A stretch of 64,000 nucleotides of DNA from contig CAWAWC010000019.1 of assembly GCA_963785625.1 (NCBI GenBank), positions 27,008 through 91,007 of the forward strand. The letters run 5' to 3'. Position numbers and translations under genes: made by a program. Origin of the DNA: an uncultured Actinomycetota bacterium. Its GTDB lineage: Bacteria; Actinomycetota; Actinomycetes; Mycobacteriales; Mycobacteriaceae. Below are positions 39,178 through 50,668 of the stretch, one piece after another. How positions within the stretch are numbered: the stretch's first letter is position 1; the number at the start of each line of letters is the position of its first letter. Below the pieces are notes generated by a model. That model had not been told where the DNA came from and did no database searches. It saw only the letters and a list, made by a program, of their open reading frames with translations.

Positions 39178-41537
39178 CTTGGCGAGAGGGCGCGGCGGTG
39201 CAGCGGCTCCCGGCCCGGCGGTTGCTCCGGGGGCGGCAGCAGCGGCTTGCGGGGGCGCACCGCGATCGTCGTCGGCGACTCGGTGCTCAACGTGAGCTCG
39301 TCACCGGCGTGCCGGATGGTCAGTTCCCCACCTGGCCCGTCGCGCAACGTGTAGGCGACGTCGGAGTGGTTGACGTCGACGGTCAGCCGGAAGTCTCGCC
39401 ACCGCAGGCGGAATCGCAGCCGCGAAATGCCATCGGGCAGTTGCGGATCCAGCGACAGGATGCCCTCGTCGTCGCGCAGGCCGCCGAAGCCGGCCACCAG
39501 CGCCGTCCACGCGCCGGCGAGCGAGGCCATGTGCAACCCGTCGCGGGTGTTGTGGTGCAGGTCGCGCAGGTCTATCAGCCCGGCCTCGTAGGCGTAGTCG
39601 TGGGCCAGTTCCAGGTGACCGACCTCGGCGCACATCACCGCCTGGGTGCACGCGGACAGCGACGAGTCGCGAACCATGCGGCGCTCGTAGTAGTCGACGT
39701 TGCGCGCCTTCTGCTCGACCGTGAACGCGTGGCTTCGCCAGTGCATCGCCAGCACGAGGTCGGCCTGCTTGATGACCTGCGCGGGGTAGAGCCGCACATA
39801 GGCCTCGTGCAAGAGCAGCGGATAGGTGGTGTTGGCCGTGAAGTCCCACTCGGCGAGCGTGGTGAACCCATCACACTGCTGATGGACCCCCAGGCCGGCG
39901 TCGTAGGGGATGTTGGCGGCGTCGGCCGCGTCGCGCCAGGCGGCCGTCTCTTCGGTGGTGACACCCAGCGCCTCGGCCTTCTCGGGGTGGCGAACGCAGG
40001 CGTCGGCGGCGATGCGCAGGTTGTGTGCGGCCATCAGGTTCGTGAAGACGTTGTCGCGGACGATGGCCGTGTACTCGTCGGGCCCGGTGACGCCGTCGAG
40101 GTGCCAGACGCCGTGCCGGTCGTGGTGTCCCAGCGAGAGCCATAGCCGGGCGGTCTCGACGAGCACGGTCAGCCCGCAATCTTTCTCGAGTGAGTCGTCG
40201 CCGGTGACGATGCGGTAGCGCTCCAACGCCATGGCGATGTCGGCGTTGATGTGCCAGGCCGCGGTGCCCGCCGGCCAGTAGGCCGAGCACTCCTGCCCAT
40301 GGATGGTTCGCCAGGGAAAGGCGGCGCCGACGAGACCGAGTTCGCCCGCCCGCTGCTTGGCGAGATCCAGGGTCGACGCGCGCCACCGCAGCGCGTCGGC
40401 GACCGCGTGCGGCGCCGTGTAGGTGAGCACCGGCAGCACGTAACCCTCTGTGTCCCAGAAGGCGTGGCCGTCGTAGCCGGTTCCGGTGAGGCCCTTTGCC
40501 GAGATGGCGCGCCGTTCGGCGCGGGCGCTGGCCTGCAACAGGTGAAACAATCCGAATCGCACCGCCTGCTGCGATTCCGGGTCGCCCTCCACTTCGACGT
40601 CCGCGCTGTCCCAGAAGTTGTCGAGGTATGCCCGTTGCGCGTCCAGCAGCCCCTGCCACCCGCTGTAGCGGGCGCTGTGGATGGCGGCGGCGGCCTGGTC
40701 GCGCAGGGCCGGGCGCGAGCGCATGCTCGACCAGCCGTACGCCAGGTATTTGACGATGCGCAGCTTCTGTCCCGCGCGCAGCCCGCAGATCACGGTGGTC
40801 CGGGCCAGGTCCGGACGCGCGTCGGTGCTGAACTCGACGCGCCCGGGGACGTCGATCTCGTGATCCATCGCGGCGGCCATCAGCAGGGCGCTGCTTCGGG
40901 TCCGGTGCATGAGCAGCGCCCCGGTTTCGGTGTTTTCGTGGTCGACGGCCTCCAACGGGTTCTCCAGGATGGCCGACACCCGCGGGTCGCCTGAGGTGCG
41001 CGGCTGGTCCTCGTTGGTGACCAGTTCGGACTGCACCGTCACGCGGACGAATTCGTCGACGGCTTCGACCACGTACTCGATGGCGGCGACGCCGCGCTGG
41101 GCCAGCGACACCAGCCGGGTGGACACCACCCTGATGTGCTTGCCTGAGGGCGAACGCCAGTACGCGTCGCGAGTCAACGTCCCGGACCGCATGTCCAGTA
41201 CCCGCTCGTGGGAGAGCAATTCGCCGTAGCGGACGTCGAACGGCTCGTCTTCGACCATCAGCCGGATGATTTTGCCGTTGGTGACGTCGACGATGGTTTG
41301 GCCGGCTTCCGGGTAGCCGAAGCCGGCCTCCGCGTACGGCAGGGGCCGGATCTCGTAGAAGGAGTTCAGATAGGTGCCGGGGAGGCCGTACGGCTCGCCC
41401 TCGTCGAGGTTGCCGCGCAACCCGATGTGTCCGTTGGACAAGGCGAACAGCGATTCGGTCTGCGCGAGCAGGTTCAGGTCCAGCTCGGTCTCGCGGAAGT
41501 GCCAGGATTCGACGGGGAAGGCTTCGTCGTCGATCAT
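39171..41537 (-). CDS. Glycoside hydrolase family 65 phosphorylase (kojibiose/trehalose/maltose phosphorylase-like; Rv3401-like)
   Basis: 788-aa [49 protein letters not shown]..., with GH65 N-terminal, central (alpha/alpha)6 and C-terminal regions. Confidence 0.92.
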   Translation of the reverse strand: MIDDEAFPVESWHFRETELDLNLLAQTESLFALSNGHIGLRGNLDEGEPYGLPGTYLNSFYEIRPLPYAEAGFGYPEAGQTIVDVTNGKIIRLMVEDEPFDVRYGELLSHERVLDMRSGTLTRDAYWRSPSGKHIRVVSTRLVSLAQRGVAAIEYVVEAVDEFVRVTVQSELVTNEDQPRTSGDPRVSAILENPLEAVDHENTETGALLMHRTRSSALLMAAAMDHEIDVPGRVEFSTDARPDLARTTVICGLRAGQKLRIVKYLAYGWSSMRSRPALRDQAAAAIHSARYSGWQGLLDAQRAYLDNFWDSADVEVEGDPESQQAVRFGLFHLLQASARAERRAISAKGLTGTGYDGHAFWDTEGYVLPVLTYTAPHAVADALRWRASTLDLAKQRAGELGLVGAAFPWRTIHGQECSAYWPAGTAAWHINADIAMALERYRIVTGDDSLEKDCGLTVLVETARLWLSLGHHDRHGVWHLDGVTGPDEYTAIVRDNVFTNLMAAHNLRIAADACVRHPEKAEALGVTTEETAAWRDAADAANIPYDAGLGVHQQCDGFTTLAEWDFTANTTYPLLLHEAYVRLYPAQVIKQADLVLAMHWRSHAFTVEQKARNVDYYERRMVRDSSLSACTQAVMCAEVGHLELAHDYAYEAGLIDLRDLHHNTRDGLHMASLAGAWTALVAGFGGLRDDEGILSLDPQLPDGISRLRFRLRWRDFRLTVDVNHSDVAYTLRDGPGGELTIRHAGDELTLSTESPTTIAVRPRKPLLPPPEQPPGREPLHRRALSPSQ

Positions 41538-42283
41538 GACCGCAGCAGCTCGGCGAGGTCGCTGACTACCACGTCGGCGCCGTTGCGGCGCAAATCGTCG
41601 GCCTGGCCCACTCGGTCGACGCCCACCACGAAGCCGAACTTACCGGCACGGCCGGCCTGCACCCCCGACAGCGCGTCCTCGAAGACGGCCGCGGCGTCGG
41701 CGCCGACGCCGAGCAACTGCGCCCCGCGCAGGTACGAGTCTGGCGCAGGCTTGCCGGTGATGTGCTCGTCGCGCAGCGTGATGCCGTCGACTCGCTGCTG
41801 GACGAAGCGTTCCAGGCCGGTGATCTCGAGGATGTCGCGGGTGTTCGCGCTCGAGGACACCACGGCGATGCCCAGGCCCGCTTCGGACACCGCTTCGAGG
41901 TAGCGCCGCGACCCGTCGAACACCTTGACGCCGTCCTCGTGCAGGACCTTCTGGAACATCTCGTTCTTGCGGTTGCCCAGGCCGTAAATCGTTTCGGCGG
42001 TTTCGGGCTCGTCCGGGCTGCCGTCGGGCAGCTCGATGCCGCGGCTGCTCAGGAATGACCGCACCCCGTCCTCGCGCTTCTTGCCGTCGACATATTCCCG
42101 GTAGTCCGCGCCCGCGTCGAAGGGGACGAACTTCTCCCCGGTGCGCTTGGCGCGTTCGGACAGGTAGGCGTCGAACATGGCCTTCCAGGCCTTTGCGTGC
42201 ACGCTGGCGGTATCGGTGAGCACACCGTCGAGGTCGAACAGACAAGCACGCACCTTTTCTGGCAGACCCAGCCCTGAACCCAC
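41534..42283 (-). CDS. Beta-phosphoglucomutase-family HAD hydrolase (Rv3400-like)
   Basis: Contains the HAD motif [13 protein letters not shown]. Its stop overlaps the start of the GH65 gene, consistent with an operon. Confidence 0.88.
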   Translation of the reverse strand: MGSGLGLPEKVRACLFDLDGVLTDTASVHAKAWKAMFDAYLSERAKRTGEKFVPFDAGADYREYVDGKKREDGVRSFLSSRGIELPDGSPDEPETAETIYGLGNRKNEMFQKVLHEDGVKVFDGSRRYLEAVSEAGLGIAVVSSSANTRDILEITGLERFVQQRVDGITLRDEHITGKPAPDSYLRGAQLLGVGADAAAVFEDALSGVQAGRAGKFGFVVGVDRVGQADDLRRNGADVVVSDLAELLRS

Positions 42284-42458
42284 GCGGGGACCTCACTCTC
42301 GGCTAGTGGGGGAGTACTTGGTGCGATACCCACTCCACCATGCCGAGATGCCTGCCGCCAATGGTCATAGGGGTGTGGTGCCGCCCCGCCGGCCAACCCG
42401 GGCCCGACCGGACCGCCTGCTCGGTGGGAACGCGTCTGTGCGGCAACCGCTTTCGTTG

Positions 42459-42980
42459 CTAGGCGTGGGCCAGCAGCTCGTCCACCGACCACTGGTCGTT
42501 GGCGTGGGTGCCGTGCTTGCACGCGACGACGCGGCCGTCCGTGCCGATCAGAAAGTCGGCGGGCAACCCCAGGTGGCCGCCGGTCGGATGCATGTTCATG
42601 TTTCTTCTACCCTGTCGGATGGCCGACGCCAGCGTTGCCGGCGACAGCGCCCGCGGGTGCAGCAGGGAACGTGGCGAGGAGCCGACACCGAACTCGGCGT
42701 AGAGCGCCTTGGCCGGGTCGGCCACCACCGCGAACGGCAGCTCGCCGACGTATCGGCGCAACTCATCGTCGGTCGAGTGGAATGCGACCACCTCGCGGAT
42801 CCCGGCGGCGGCGATCTCGTCGTTCCGGCGCACGATCGACTGCAGGTGGACGTTGCAGATGGGGCAGCCGGCGAATCGCCGGAACTGCAGATGCACGAGC
42901 CGGTCGGGATCGGGAATCGAGATCGCCTCGCCGGAAACACCGACCAGTTCCCGCGCGGCGACGACGCTGCCCTTGCGCAT
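42459..42980 (-). CDS. AhpC/TSA (redoxin) family, peroxiredoxin-like protein
   Basis: 173 aa with FRRFAGCPICNVHL (CPxC-type redox motif). Confidence 0.75.
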   Translation of the reverse strand: MRKGSVVAARELVGVSGEAISIPDPDRLVHLQFRRFAGCPICNVHLQSIVRRNDEIAAAGIREVVAFHSTDDELRRYVGELPFAVVADPAKALYAEFGVGSSPRSLLHPRALSPATLASAIRQGRRNMNMHPTGGHLGLPADFLIGTDGRVVACKHGTHANDQWSVDELLAHA

Positions 42981-43026
42981 GGACGGCAGCCTAGCCCGCG
43001 GGAAAGGGCCACTAGACTGACCGGTC

Positions 43027-44604
<1,578 letters not shown>

Positions 44605-44815
44605 CCCGGGCGGCTTCGGTTTTCCGCGACACTTAACCAGTTGCGACGACACGCCGACGGGGATCGCGCTGGCTTGAGTCTCGACGAATTCGCGTGCTTC
44701 GTGGCCGCGAGAGCGCCACCCAATAGCACCATCAGTCACACCAGCACCGAGCGCATAAAGCAGCCTCTCGCGTTGCTTGACGGTTGTCAGAGGGCAGGTG
44801 TTTACTCCGAGTGTA

Positions 44816-44831
44816 TCGAACATACTTTCGA
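44816..44831. promoter_or_regulatory. LexA SOS box upstream of imuA'-imuB
   Basis: TCGAACATACTTTCGA compared with the mycobacterial consensus TCGAAC-N4-GTTCGA. It lies 25 nt upstream of the imuA' ATG. Confidence 0.75.
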
Positions 44832-44855
44832 AAAACGTGGATCGGGAGGCTTGTC

Positions 44856-45521
44856 ATGACTGCGGCTTTCGCCTCCGATCAACGTCAGGAAAACCGCGCT
44901 GAGCAGCTCGAATCGCTTCGCCGGCAGATGGCTGTGCTATCCGGGGCGGTCGTCGCCCGCGCGGATGACCTGCTGCCGGACTCGGAGTCCCAACTCACGC
45001 TCCCGCAGTGGCTTGCGGATTCGTTGCCGGTGCCGTTGCCGCGGGGATCGGTGGTGGTGCTCTCGGGAGCCCGGTCGCTGTTGCTGGGCATGGTGGCCGC
45101 GGCGACGGCGGCCGGAGGCAACGCGGCCATCGTCGGCCAGCCGGACCTCGGACTGCTGGCCGCCGCGGAGATGGGGGCCGACCTGAGCCGGCTCGCGGTG
45201 ATACCGGACCCCGGGACCGATCCCGTGGAGGTGGCCGCGGTGCTCGTCGACGGCATGGATCTGGTGGTCCTCGGCCTGGGCGGCCGGAAGGTCCCGCAGA
45301 CCCGGGCGCGGGCCGTGGTGGCGCGAGCCCGCAACAAGGGGTGCACCCTCCTGGTCACCGACGGCGACTGGCAAGGGGCACCGACGCGGCTGGAGGCCCG
45401 GGTCTGCGGCTACGAGATCACGGCGGGCCGCCGTGCCGGATTCGGACGGATCAGCCGGGTGCGGCTAGAGGTCAGCGGGCTGTGCGCGGGACGGACGATC
45501 GCCCGGGCGCGAACGGGGTGA
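44856..45521 (+). CDS. imuA': SOS mutasome accessory protein ImuA' (Rv3395c-like)
   Basis: Track ORF 44784..45521 trimmed to ATG 44856, after the SD GGGAGG. The 221-aa product lies directly upstream of imuB and behind an SOS box. Confidence 0.8.
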   Translation: MTAAFASDQRQENRAEQLESLRRQMAVLSGAVVARADDLLPDSESQLTLPQWLADSLPVPLPRGSVVVLSGARSLLLGMVAAATAAGGNAAIVGQPDLGLLAAAEMGADLSRLAVIPDPGTDPVEVAAVLVDGMDLVVLGLGGRKVPQTRARAVVARARNKGCTLLVTDGDWQGAPTRLEARVCGYEITAGRRAGFGRISRVRLEVSGLCAGRTIARARTG

Positions 45522-45527
45522 GTACGG

Positions 45528-47096
45528 ATGAGTTTCAGGGCCTCCCGGGTGCTGGCGATCTGGTGCATGGACTGGCCCGCGGTCGCGGCGGCGGCGGCCG
45601 CGGGTCAGCCCGTGACGGTCCCGGTCGCGGTCACTTTGGCCAACCGGGTGATCGCCTGTTCGTCGGCCGCCCGGGCGGTGGGGGTGCGGCGGGGGCTGCG
45701 GCGCCGGGAGGCGGCGGCACGGTGCCCGCAACTGCACGTCGCGACCGCCGACGCCGACCGCGACGCCCGCTTCTTCGAAGGGGTCATCGCGGCGGTGGAC
45801 GATCTGGTGCCCCGCGCCGAGGTGCTGCGGCCCGGTCTCCTGGTGTTGCCGGTGCGCGGGGCGGCCCGCTATTTCGGGTCCGAGGAGAAGGCCGCCGAGC
45901 AGCTGATCGACGCGGTGGCGGCGGCCGGTGCCGAGTGCCAGGTCGGCATCGCCGACCAGTTGTCCACCGCGGTCTTCGCCGCGCGGGCGGGCCGCATCGT
46001 CCAGCCGGGGGGCGACGCGAAGTTTCTGTCGGCGCTGTCGATCCGGCAACTCGCCACCGAGCCGAGCCTGTCCGGTCCCGGGCGGGAAGAGCTGGCGGAT
46101 CTGTTGTGGCGGATAGGGATTCGCACCGTCGGGCAGTTCGCCGCGCTGTCGGCCACCGACGTGACCTCCCGGTTCGGCGCCGACGGGATGACCGCGCACC
46201 GGCTGGCCCGTGGCGAACCCGAGCGGGGACCGTCCGGGCGGGAGCCGCCGCCGGAACTCGAGGCGGTGCTGGACTGCGACCCGCCGGTCGACCGGGTCGA
46301 TGCCGCGGCGTTCGCCGGGCGATCGCTGGCCGGCGCGCTGCATCAAAAGCTGATGGCCGCCGGGGTGGGATGCACCCGGCTGGCCATCCACGCCGTCACC
46401 GCCAACGGCGAAGAGCTGCAGCGGGTGTGGCGGTGCGCCGAGCCATTGACCGAGGACGCCACCGCCGACCGGGTGCGCTGGCAACTGGACGGGTGGCTGA
46501 GCAACCGGACGCGCGATTCGCGGCCCACCGCGGCGGTGACGCTGCTGCGGCTGCAGGCGGTGGAGGTGGTGTCCGCCGAGGCGCTGCAGTTGCCGTTGTG
46601 GGGTGGCCTGGGTGAGGAAGACAGGCTGCGGGCCCGCCGGGCGTTGGTTCGGGTGCAGGGCCTGCTCGGCCCGGAGGCGGTGCAGGTGCCGGTGCTGTCC
46701 GGCGGTCGCGGACCGGCCGAACGCATCACATTGACCCCGCTGGGCGACGAACCGGCGCCGCGGGCCGACCCGAGCCTGCCGTGGCCCGGGCAACTGCCCG
46801 AGCCGTCACCGGCGGTGTTGCTCGACGACCCGGTGGAATTGCTTGATGCCCAGGCGAATCCGGTGCGGGTGACCAACCGGGGGATGTTCTCCGCCGACCC
46901 CGCGCGAATGATCGTCCACGGTCGAGATGAGCGGCTGCGTTGGTGGACGAGCCCCTGGCCGGTCGACGAGCGGTGGTGGGACCCCGAGGCGGCTGGTGGT
47001 CGTGTCGCCCGCACCCAGGTGTTGCTGGAGAGCGAACGCGCGCTGCTGCTGTGCTACCGCCAACGGCGCTGGTACCTCGAGGGCAGCTACGAGTGA
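45528..47096 (+). CDS. imuB: Y-family-polymerase-like ImuB (Rv3394c-like)
   Basis: 522-aa MSFRASRVLAIWCMDWPAVAAAAAAG... has a Y-family fold lacking the catalytic acidic triad context. It is syntenic with imuA'. Confidence 0.88.
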   Translation: MSFRASRVLAIWCMDWPAVAAAAAAGQPVTVPVAVTLANRVIACSSAARAVGVRRGLRRREAAARCPQLHVATADADRDARFFEGVIAAVDDLVPRAEVLRPGLLVLPVRGAARYFGSEEKAAEQLIDAVAAAGAECQVGIADQLSTAVFAARAGRIVQPGGDAKFLSALSIRQLATEPSLSGPGREELADLLWRIGIRTVGQFAALSATDVTSRFGADGMTAHRLARGEPERGPSGREPPPELEAVLDCDPPVDRVDAAAFAGRSLAGALHQKLMAAGVGCTRLAIHAVTANGEELQRVWRCAEPLTEDATADRVRWQLDGWLSNRTRDSRPTAAVTLLRLQAVEVVSAEALQLPLWGGLGEEDRLRARRALVRVQGLLGPEAVQVPVLSGGRGPAERITLTPLGDEPAPRADPSLPWPGQLPEPSPAVLLDDPVELLDAQANPVRVTNRGMFSADPARMIVHGRDERLRWWTSPWPVDERWWDPEAAGGRVARTQVLLESERALLLCYRQRRWYLEGSYE

Positions 47097-47195
47097 GTTA
47101 TCCAGTGCGGACGAGCGCCTTGGCGACCACCGGGTATGGTGCCGCCGGCAGCACGGCACCCCAGCCCGCGCACATGAGCTCGAAGCCGCGAAATT

Positions 47196-48173
47196 TCACG
47201 GGCTTAGCCGATTCGCGAAGGACCCGACCCGCTCGATGAACCGGTCGAAGAACGCCGTCGGGTCCACGCCAACACCGATGAGCGCGTTGGGGTTACGGCG
47301 TCGCGACCTGGGGGTACCGCCCGCTTGCGGGGGATCGGCCACCGTGATCCCGCGGCTCGGGGTATCCGCCAGATCGATGTCGACCGTCGCCGCCCGGGTC
47401 GTGACGAGCTGCGGATCCAGCGCCACCGCGGCGGCCAACGGATCGTGCATGTACGCGGTATACCCATATCCGCGGTCCTCGTGAGACTCGAAGTAGAACC
47501 GCATCGCATCCTCGAGCACCTCGATCAGCCGGGACGGGCCCGCAGCCGTGGCAAGCCTGGCCATCATGTCCGGCGTCATCGCGACGCGTTGGGTGAGGTT
47601 CAATCCGCAGACGATCGGTAGCTGTCGTTGCCCGGACCAGGCGGCGAATACCTCGCTTGCTGCCTCCGGATCGACCCGGATGTTCCATTCGGCCAGCGGA
47701 TTGGTGTCGTCCCCGAACGCGCCGCCCATGATCACCAGCCGCTTCAGCAGGGTCGGCAGCGCGGGCTCGGCGCGCAGCGCCAGCGCCAGGTTGGTCAGCG
47801 GGCCGGTGACCAGGCCGATCAGGGTTCCGGGATGGGCGCGCGCCGCATCGACCCACGCCGCGGTGGCGTCATAGGCGGTCAGCCGCCGTTCGGTGCGGGG
47901 GAGTTCGGCATAACCTAAGCCTTTGGGGCCGTGGAACTTTGAGTGATGGGGCCATCGGCCGCACAGCGGGTCCTCGGCACCCTTGGACACGGGTATGGTT
48001 GCGGCCCGGCACAATTCGAGCAGACCGAGGTTGTTGGCGCAGACCTGCTCGACGTGGATGTTCCCGCCGGTCGAGGCGATGCCCACCACTTCGGCGTCCG
48101 GGCTGGCCAGCAGGTACACCAACGCCATCGCGTCGTCGATGCCGGTGTCGACGTCGACGAAAACGGCGTTCAC
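47196..48173 (-). CDS. iunH: Inosine/uridine-preferring nucleoside hydrolase
   Basis: Track ORF 47196..48224 trimmed to GTG 48173. VNAVFVDVDTGIDDAMALVYLLASPDAEVVGIASTGGN contains the DxDxxxDD motif. Confidence 0.85.
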   Translation of the reverse strand: MNAVFVDVDTGIDDAMALVYLLASPDAEVVGIASTGGNIHVEQVCANNLGLLELCRAATIPVSKGAEDPLCGRWPHHSKFHGPKGLGYAELPRTERRLTAYDATAAWVDAARAHPGTLIGLVTGPLTNLALALRAEPALPTLLKRLVIMGGAFGDDTNPLAEWNIRVDPEAASEVFAAWSGQRQLPIVCGLNLTQRVAMTPDMMARLATAAGPSRLIEVLEDAMRFYFESHEDRGYGYTAYMHDPLAAAVALDPQLVTTRAATVDIDLADTPSRGITVADPPQAGGTPRSRRRNPNALIGVGVDPTAFFDRFIERVGSFANRLSP

Positions 48174-48212
48174 CGCGGCAACGATACGCGGGGCTGACGG
48201 CCAGCGGGACGC

Positions 48213-48552
48213 GAAGGTGACCACCAGGACGTCGCGCCGGCCCGGAGCGGTCGATCGGACGCACCGGGGAGACGCCGTGCTGGGTGCGGCGGTCGTCGGC
48301 CAGCAGCAACATGCCGGGCTCGGCCAACGTCGTCGTCAGCAGCGTCCGACCGTCCGAGTCGCACACCAGACTCTCGCCGCCGATGGCGTTGCACCGGCCG
48401 ACCAGCAGCCAGGTAACCAGGGTGACACCGTCACGGTGCAGGCCTTCGGGTGTCGGCCGCCCGTCTTCTTCCGCCGCGGAACGGATTCGGAACGGATGCA
48501 CCTCGACGTTCCACTCGGTCCGTGGTCGCAGTCGGTCCGTGGTCGCAGACAA
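48213..48552 (-). pseudogene. Remnant of a 2OG-Fe(II) dioxygenase (PF10014-like), 5'-truncated and frameshifted near the 3' end
   Basis: Track ORF 47869..48552 begins ...WNVEVHPFRIRSAAEEDGRPTPEGLHRDGVTLVTWLL...DDRRTQHGVSPVRPID. The expected roughly 90-aa N-terminal region is absent. The family-typical ending RDVLVVTF is read only in the +1 frame (48238-48213). Confidence 0.5.
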
Positions 48553-48615
48553 AGCGAGTCACCGCGCCGGGGTACCGCAATCCGGCGTCAGTGAAACACT
48601 CCGCAACTCCGGTTT

Positions 48616-50616
48616 TTACCAGTGCACGCCGGGCACCAAGCGCACCAGACGCTTGACCGGCCGGGGCGTCCGGATGCCGCGGGTGACGGCACGGGCCGGC
48701 CGTCTCGACTTGCGTCGCGCGGTCGGCACGAAGGTGTCGGCGGGCAGTCCGCGGGCGGCGGCCGAGTCCGGGTAGCCAAGGTAGAGCTGATGCAGGATGC
48801 GCCGGGAGGTCTTCGGCGCAAAATAGTTGCCGGCCTCGGCGAGCGTGCCCAGCGGGGTGTCGATGCGCGCCGGCTTCTCGACGAGGCCGCGCACCACCAT
48901 GGCCGCCGCCCGCTCGGCGCTGATGGCCGGCACCGGGTTCAGCCGGCGCGACGGCACGATCATCGGGGTCGCCACCAGCGGCATATGGATGTTGGTGAAC
49001 GTGATGTGGTCGGACAGCGTCTCCGACGCCACCACGTCGGCGAACGCGTCCAGCGCCGCCTTGGTGGGCAGGTACGAGCTGTACTTGGGGTTGCGTGCCT
49101 GCACACCGGCGCTGGAGACGTTGACGACATGACCGAATCGGCGCTCGCGCCAGTGCGGCAGCAGCGCCAGCACCATCCGCACCGCGCCGAAGTAGTTGAC
49201 CGCCATCACCCGTTCGTAGTCGTGCAGCCGGTCGGTGGAGTTGACCACCGAGCGGCGGATCGACCGGCCCGCGTTGTTCACCAGGTAGTCGACGTGGTCG
49301 AACCGGCCCAGGATGTCTTTGATGGTGTGCTCCACCGACGTCGAATCGGTGACGTCGCAGGTTAAGGCGTGTGCATCGCCGCCGCCCGCGCGGATCTCGG
49401 CGACCAGCGTGTCCAACGCGTCGGCGTTGCGGGCCAGCGCGAACACCGTGGCGCCACGCTCCGCGACGGCGATGGCCGCCGCGCGGCCGATGCCGCTGGA
49501 CGCGCCGGTGATGATGACGTGCCGGCCCTGCAGCGGATCGTTGCGGCGGGCACGATCGGGGTCGAGGTGCTCCGCCCAGTACCGCCACAGCCGGGGTGCG
49601 TACTCGGCGAACTCTGGAACGTCAATACCATTGCTCTGCAACACATTTCGAGTTTTTTCGCTGATGAAGGTGGGCTTGAGGTCGACCACGTCGAAGATCT
49701 CCGCGGGGATCCCGAGCTGAGTGGCCGCCATGTTGCGCAGCACCCTGGCACGCCCGCGCACCCTCAGCACCGGGGCGGCCACCGAGCTTGGCAGCGACCC
49801 GCGCAGCGGCGGCAGCCCGGCCGTCTTGGCGACGCCGCGGTAGATGCCGCGCAGCCCAATGGTTTTCGGCGCGGTGAGGTGAAACGTCCGCCCGTCCTGG
49901 CCGTCGGTGTGCATGAGGGCGACGAGGGCGTCGACGACGTAGTCGACCGGTACGATGTTGGTGCGCCCGGTGTCGGGCAGCAGGATGGGCGTCAACGACG
50001 GCAACACCGCCAACCTGGCCAGCACGCCGAAGAAATAGTACGGACCGTCGACCTTGTCCATCTCGCCCGTGCGCGAATCCCCGACCACCACCGCCGGCCG
50101 GTATACGCGGTAGCGCAGCCCGGGCGTCGAGCGCACCAGCGACTCGGCTTCGAACTTCATCCGGTGGTACGCACTCGGCAGCTGCTGACCGACGTCGAAG
50201 TCGTCCTCGGTGTACGCGCCGGCGAAGTCGCCCGCGACGGCGATCGACGAGACGTGGTGCAGCGTGGCGTCCAGCCGCTGCGCGAGGGCGATCACCGCGC
50301 GGGTGGCGTCAACATCAGCGACGTTCGTGGCGCTTTGCTCGGCCTCGCCAGCGGTGATGTCGTAGATCGCCGCGCAGTGCACGACATGGTCTATCGCGCC
50401 CAGCTCGGCGAGGGTCTCGTCGGCCAGCGCGGGCTCGGGCAGCTCACCGACCAGAGGTTTCGCGCGTTCCCCCCACCCGGCCGCGAGGCGTTCGAAGCGC
50501 CCCAGCGACCGGCGGCGGACCAGGACCCACACCTCCGCATCGGGCCGGCTGTCCAGCAGACGAGAGACGACGCGGCGGCCAATAAACCCGGTACCGCCGG
50601 TAACGACATACCGCAT
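48616..50616 (-). CDS. acrA1: Fatty acyl-CoA reductase-like two-domain SDR (AcrA1/Rv3391-like)
   Basis: Track ORF 48616..50652 trimmed to ATG 50616. It has an N-terminal NAD-binding motif MRYVVTGGTGFIGRRV and a second SDR domain VIITGASSGIGRAAA. Confidence 0.88.
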   Translation of the reverse strand: MRYVVTGGTGFIGRRVVSRLLDSRPDAEVWVLVRRRSLGRFERLAAGWGERAKPLVGELPEPALADETLAELGAIDHVVHCAAIYDITAGEAEQSATNVADVDATRAVIALAQRLDATLHHVSSIAVAGDFAGAYTEDDFDVGQQLPSAYHRMKFEAESLVRSTPGLRYRVYRPAVVVGDSRTGEMDKVDGPYYFFGVLARLAVLPSLTPILLPDTGRTNIVPVDYVVDALVALMHTDGQDGRTFHLTAPKTIGLRGIYRGVAKTAGLPPLRGSLPSSVAAPVLRVRGRARVLRNMAATQLGIPAEIFDVVDLKPTFISEKTRNVLQSNGIDVPEFAEYAPRLWRYWAEHLDPDRARRNDPLQGRHVIITGASSGIGRAAAIAVAERGATVFALARNADALDTLVAEIRAGGGDAHALTCDVTDSTSVEHTIKDILGRFDHVDYLVNNAGRSIRRSVVNSTDRLHDYERVMAVNYFGAVRMVLALLPHWRERRFGHVVNVSSAGVQARNPKYSSYLPTKAALDAFADVVASETLSDHITFTNIHMPLVATPMIVPSRRLNPVPAISAERAAAMVVRGLVEKPARIDTPLGTLAEAGNYFAPKTSRRILHQLYLGYPDSAAARGLPADTFVPTARRKSRRPARAVTRGIRTPRPVKRLVRLVPGVHW

Positions 50617-50668
50617 GCAGCCATGGTGGCGGCTCGGCGCCGCCCCCGTCAACCGTGCCTTTCGAAGA

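Noticed and set aside
44605-44823. Decayed LuxR-type HTH gene opposite imuA'
   Set aside because: The resemblance appears only when two frames are spliced together and the spacing of the HTH does not fit. I have kept it only as a low-interest note about the spacer.
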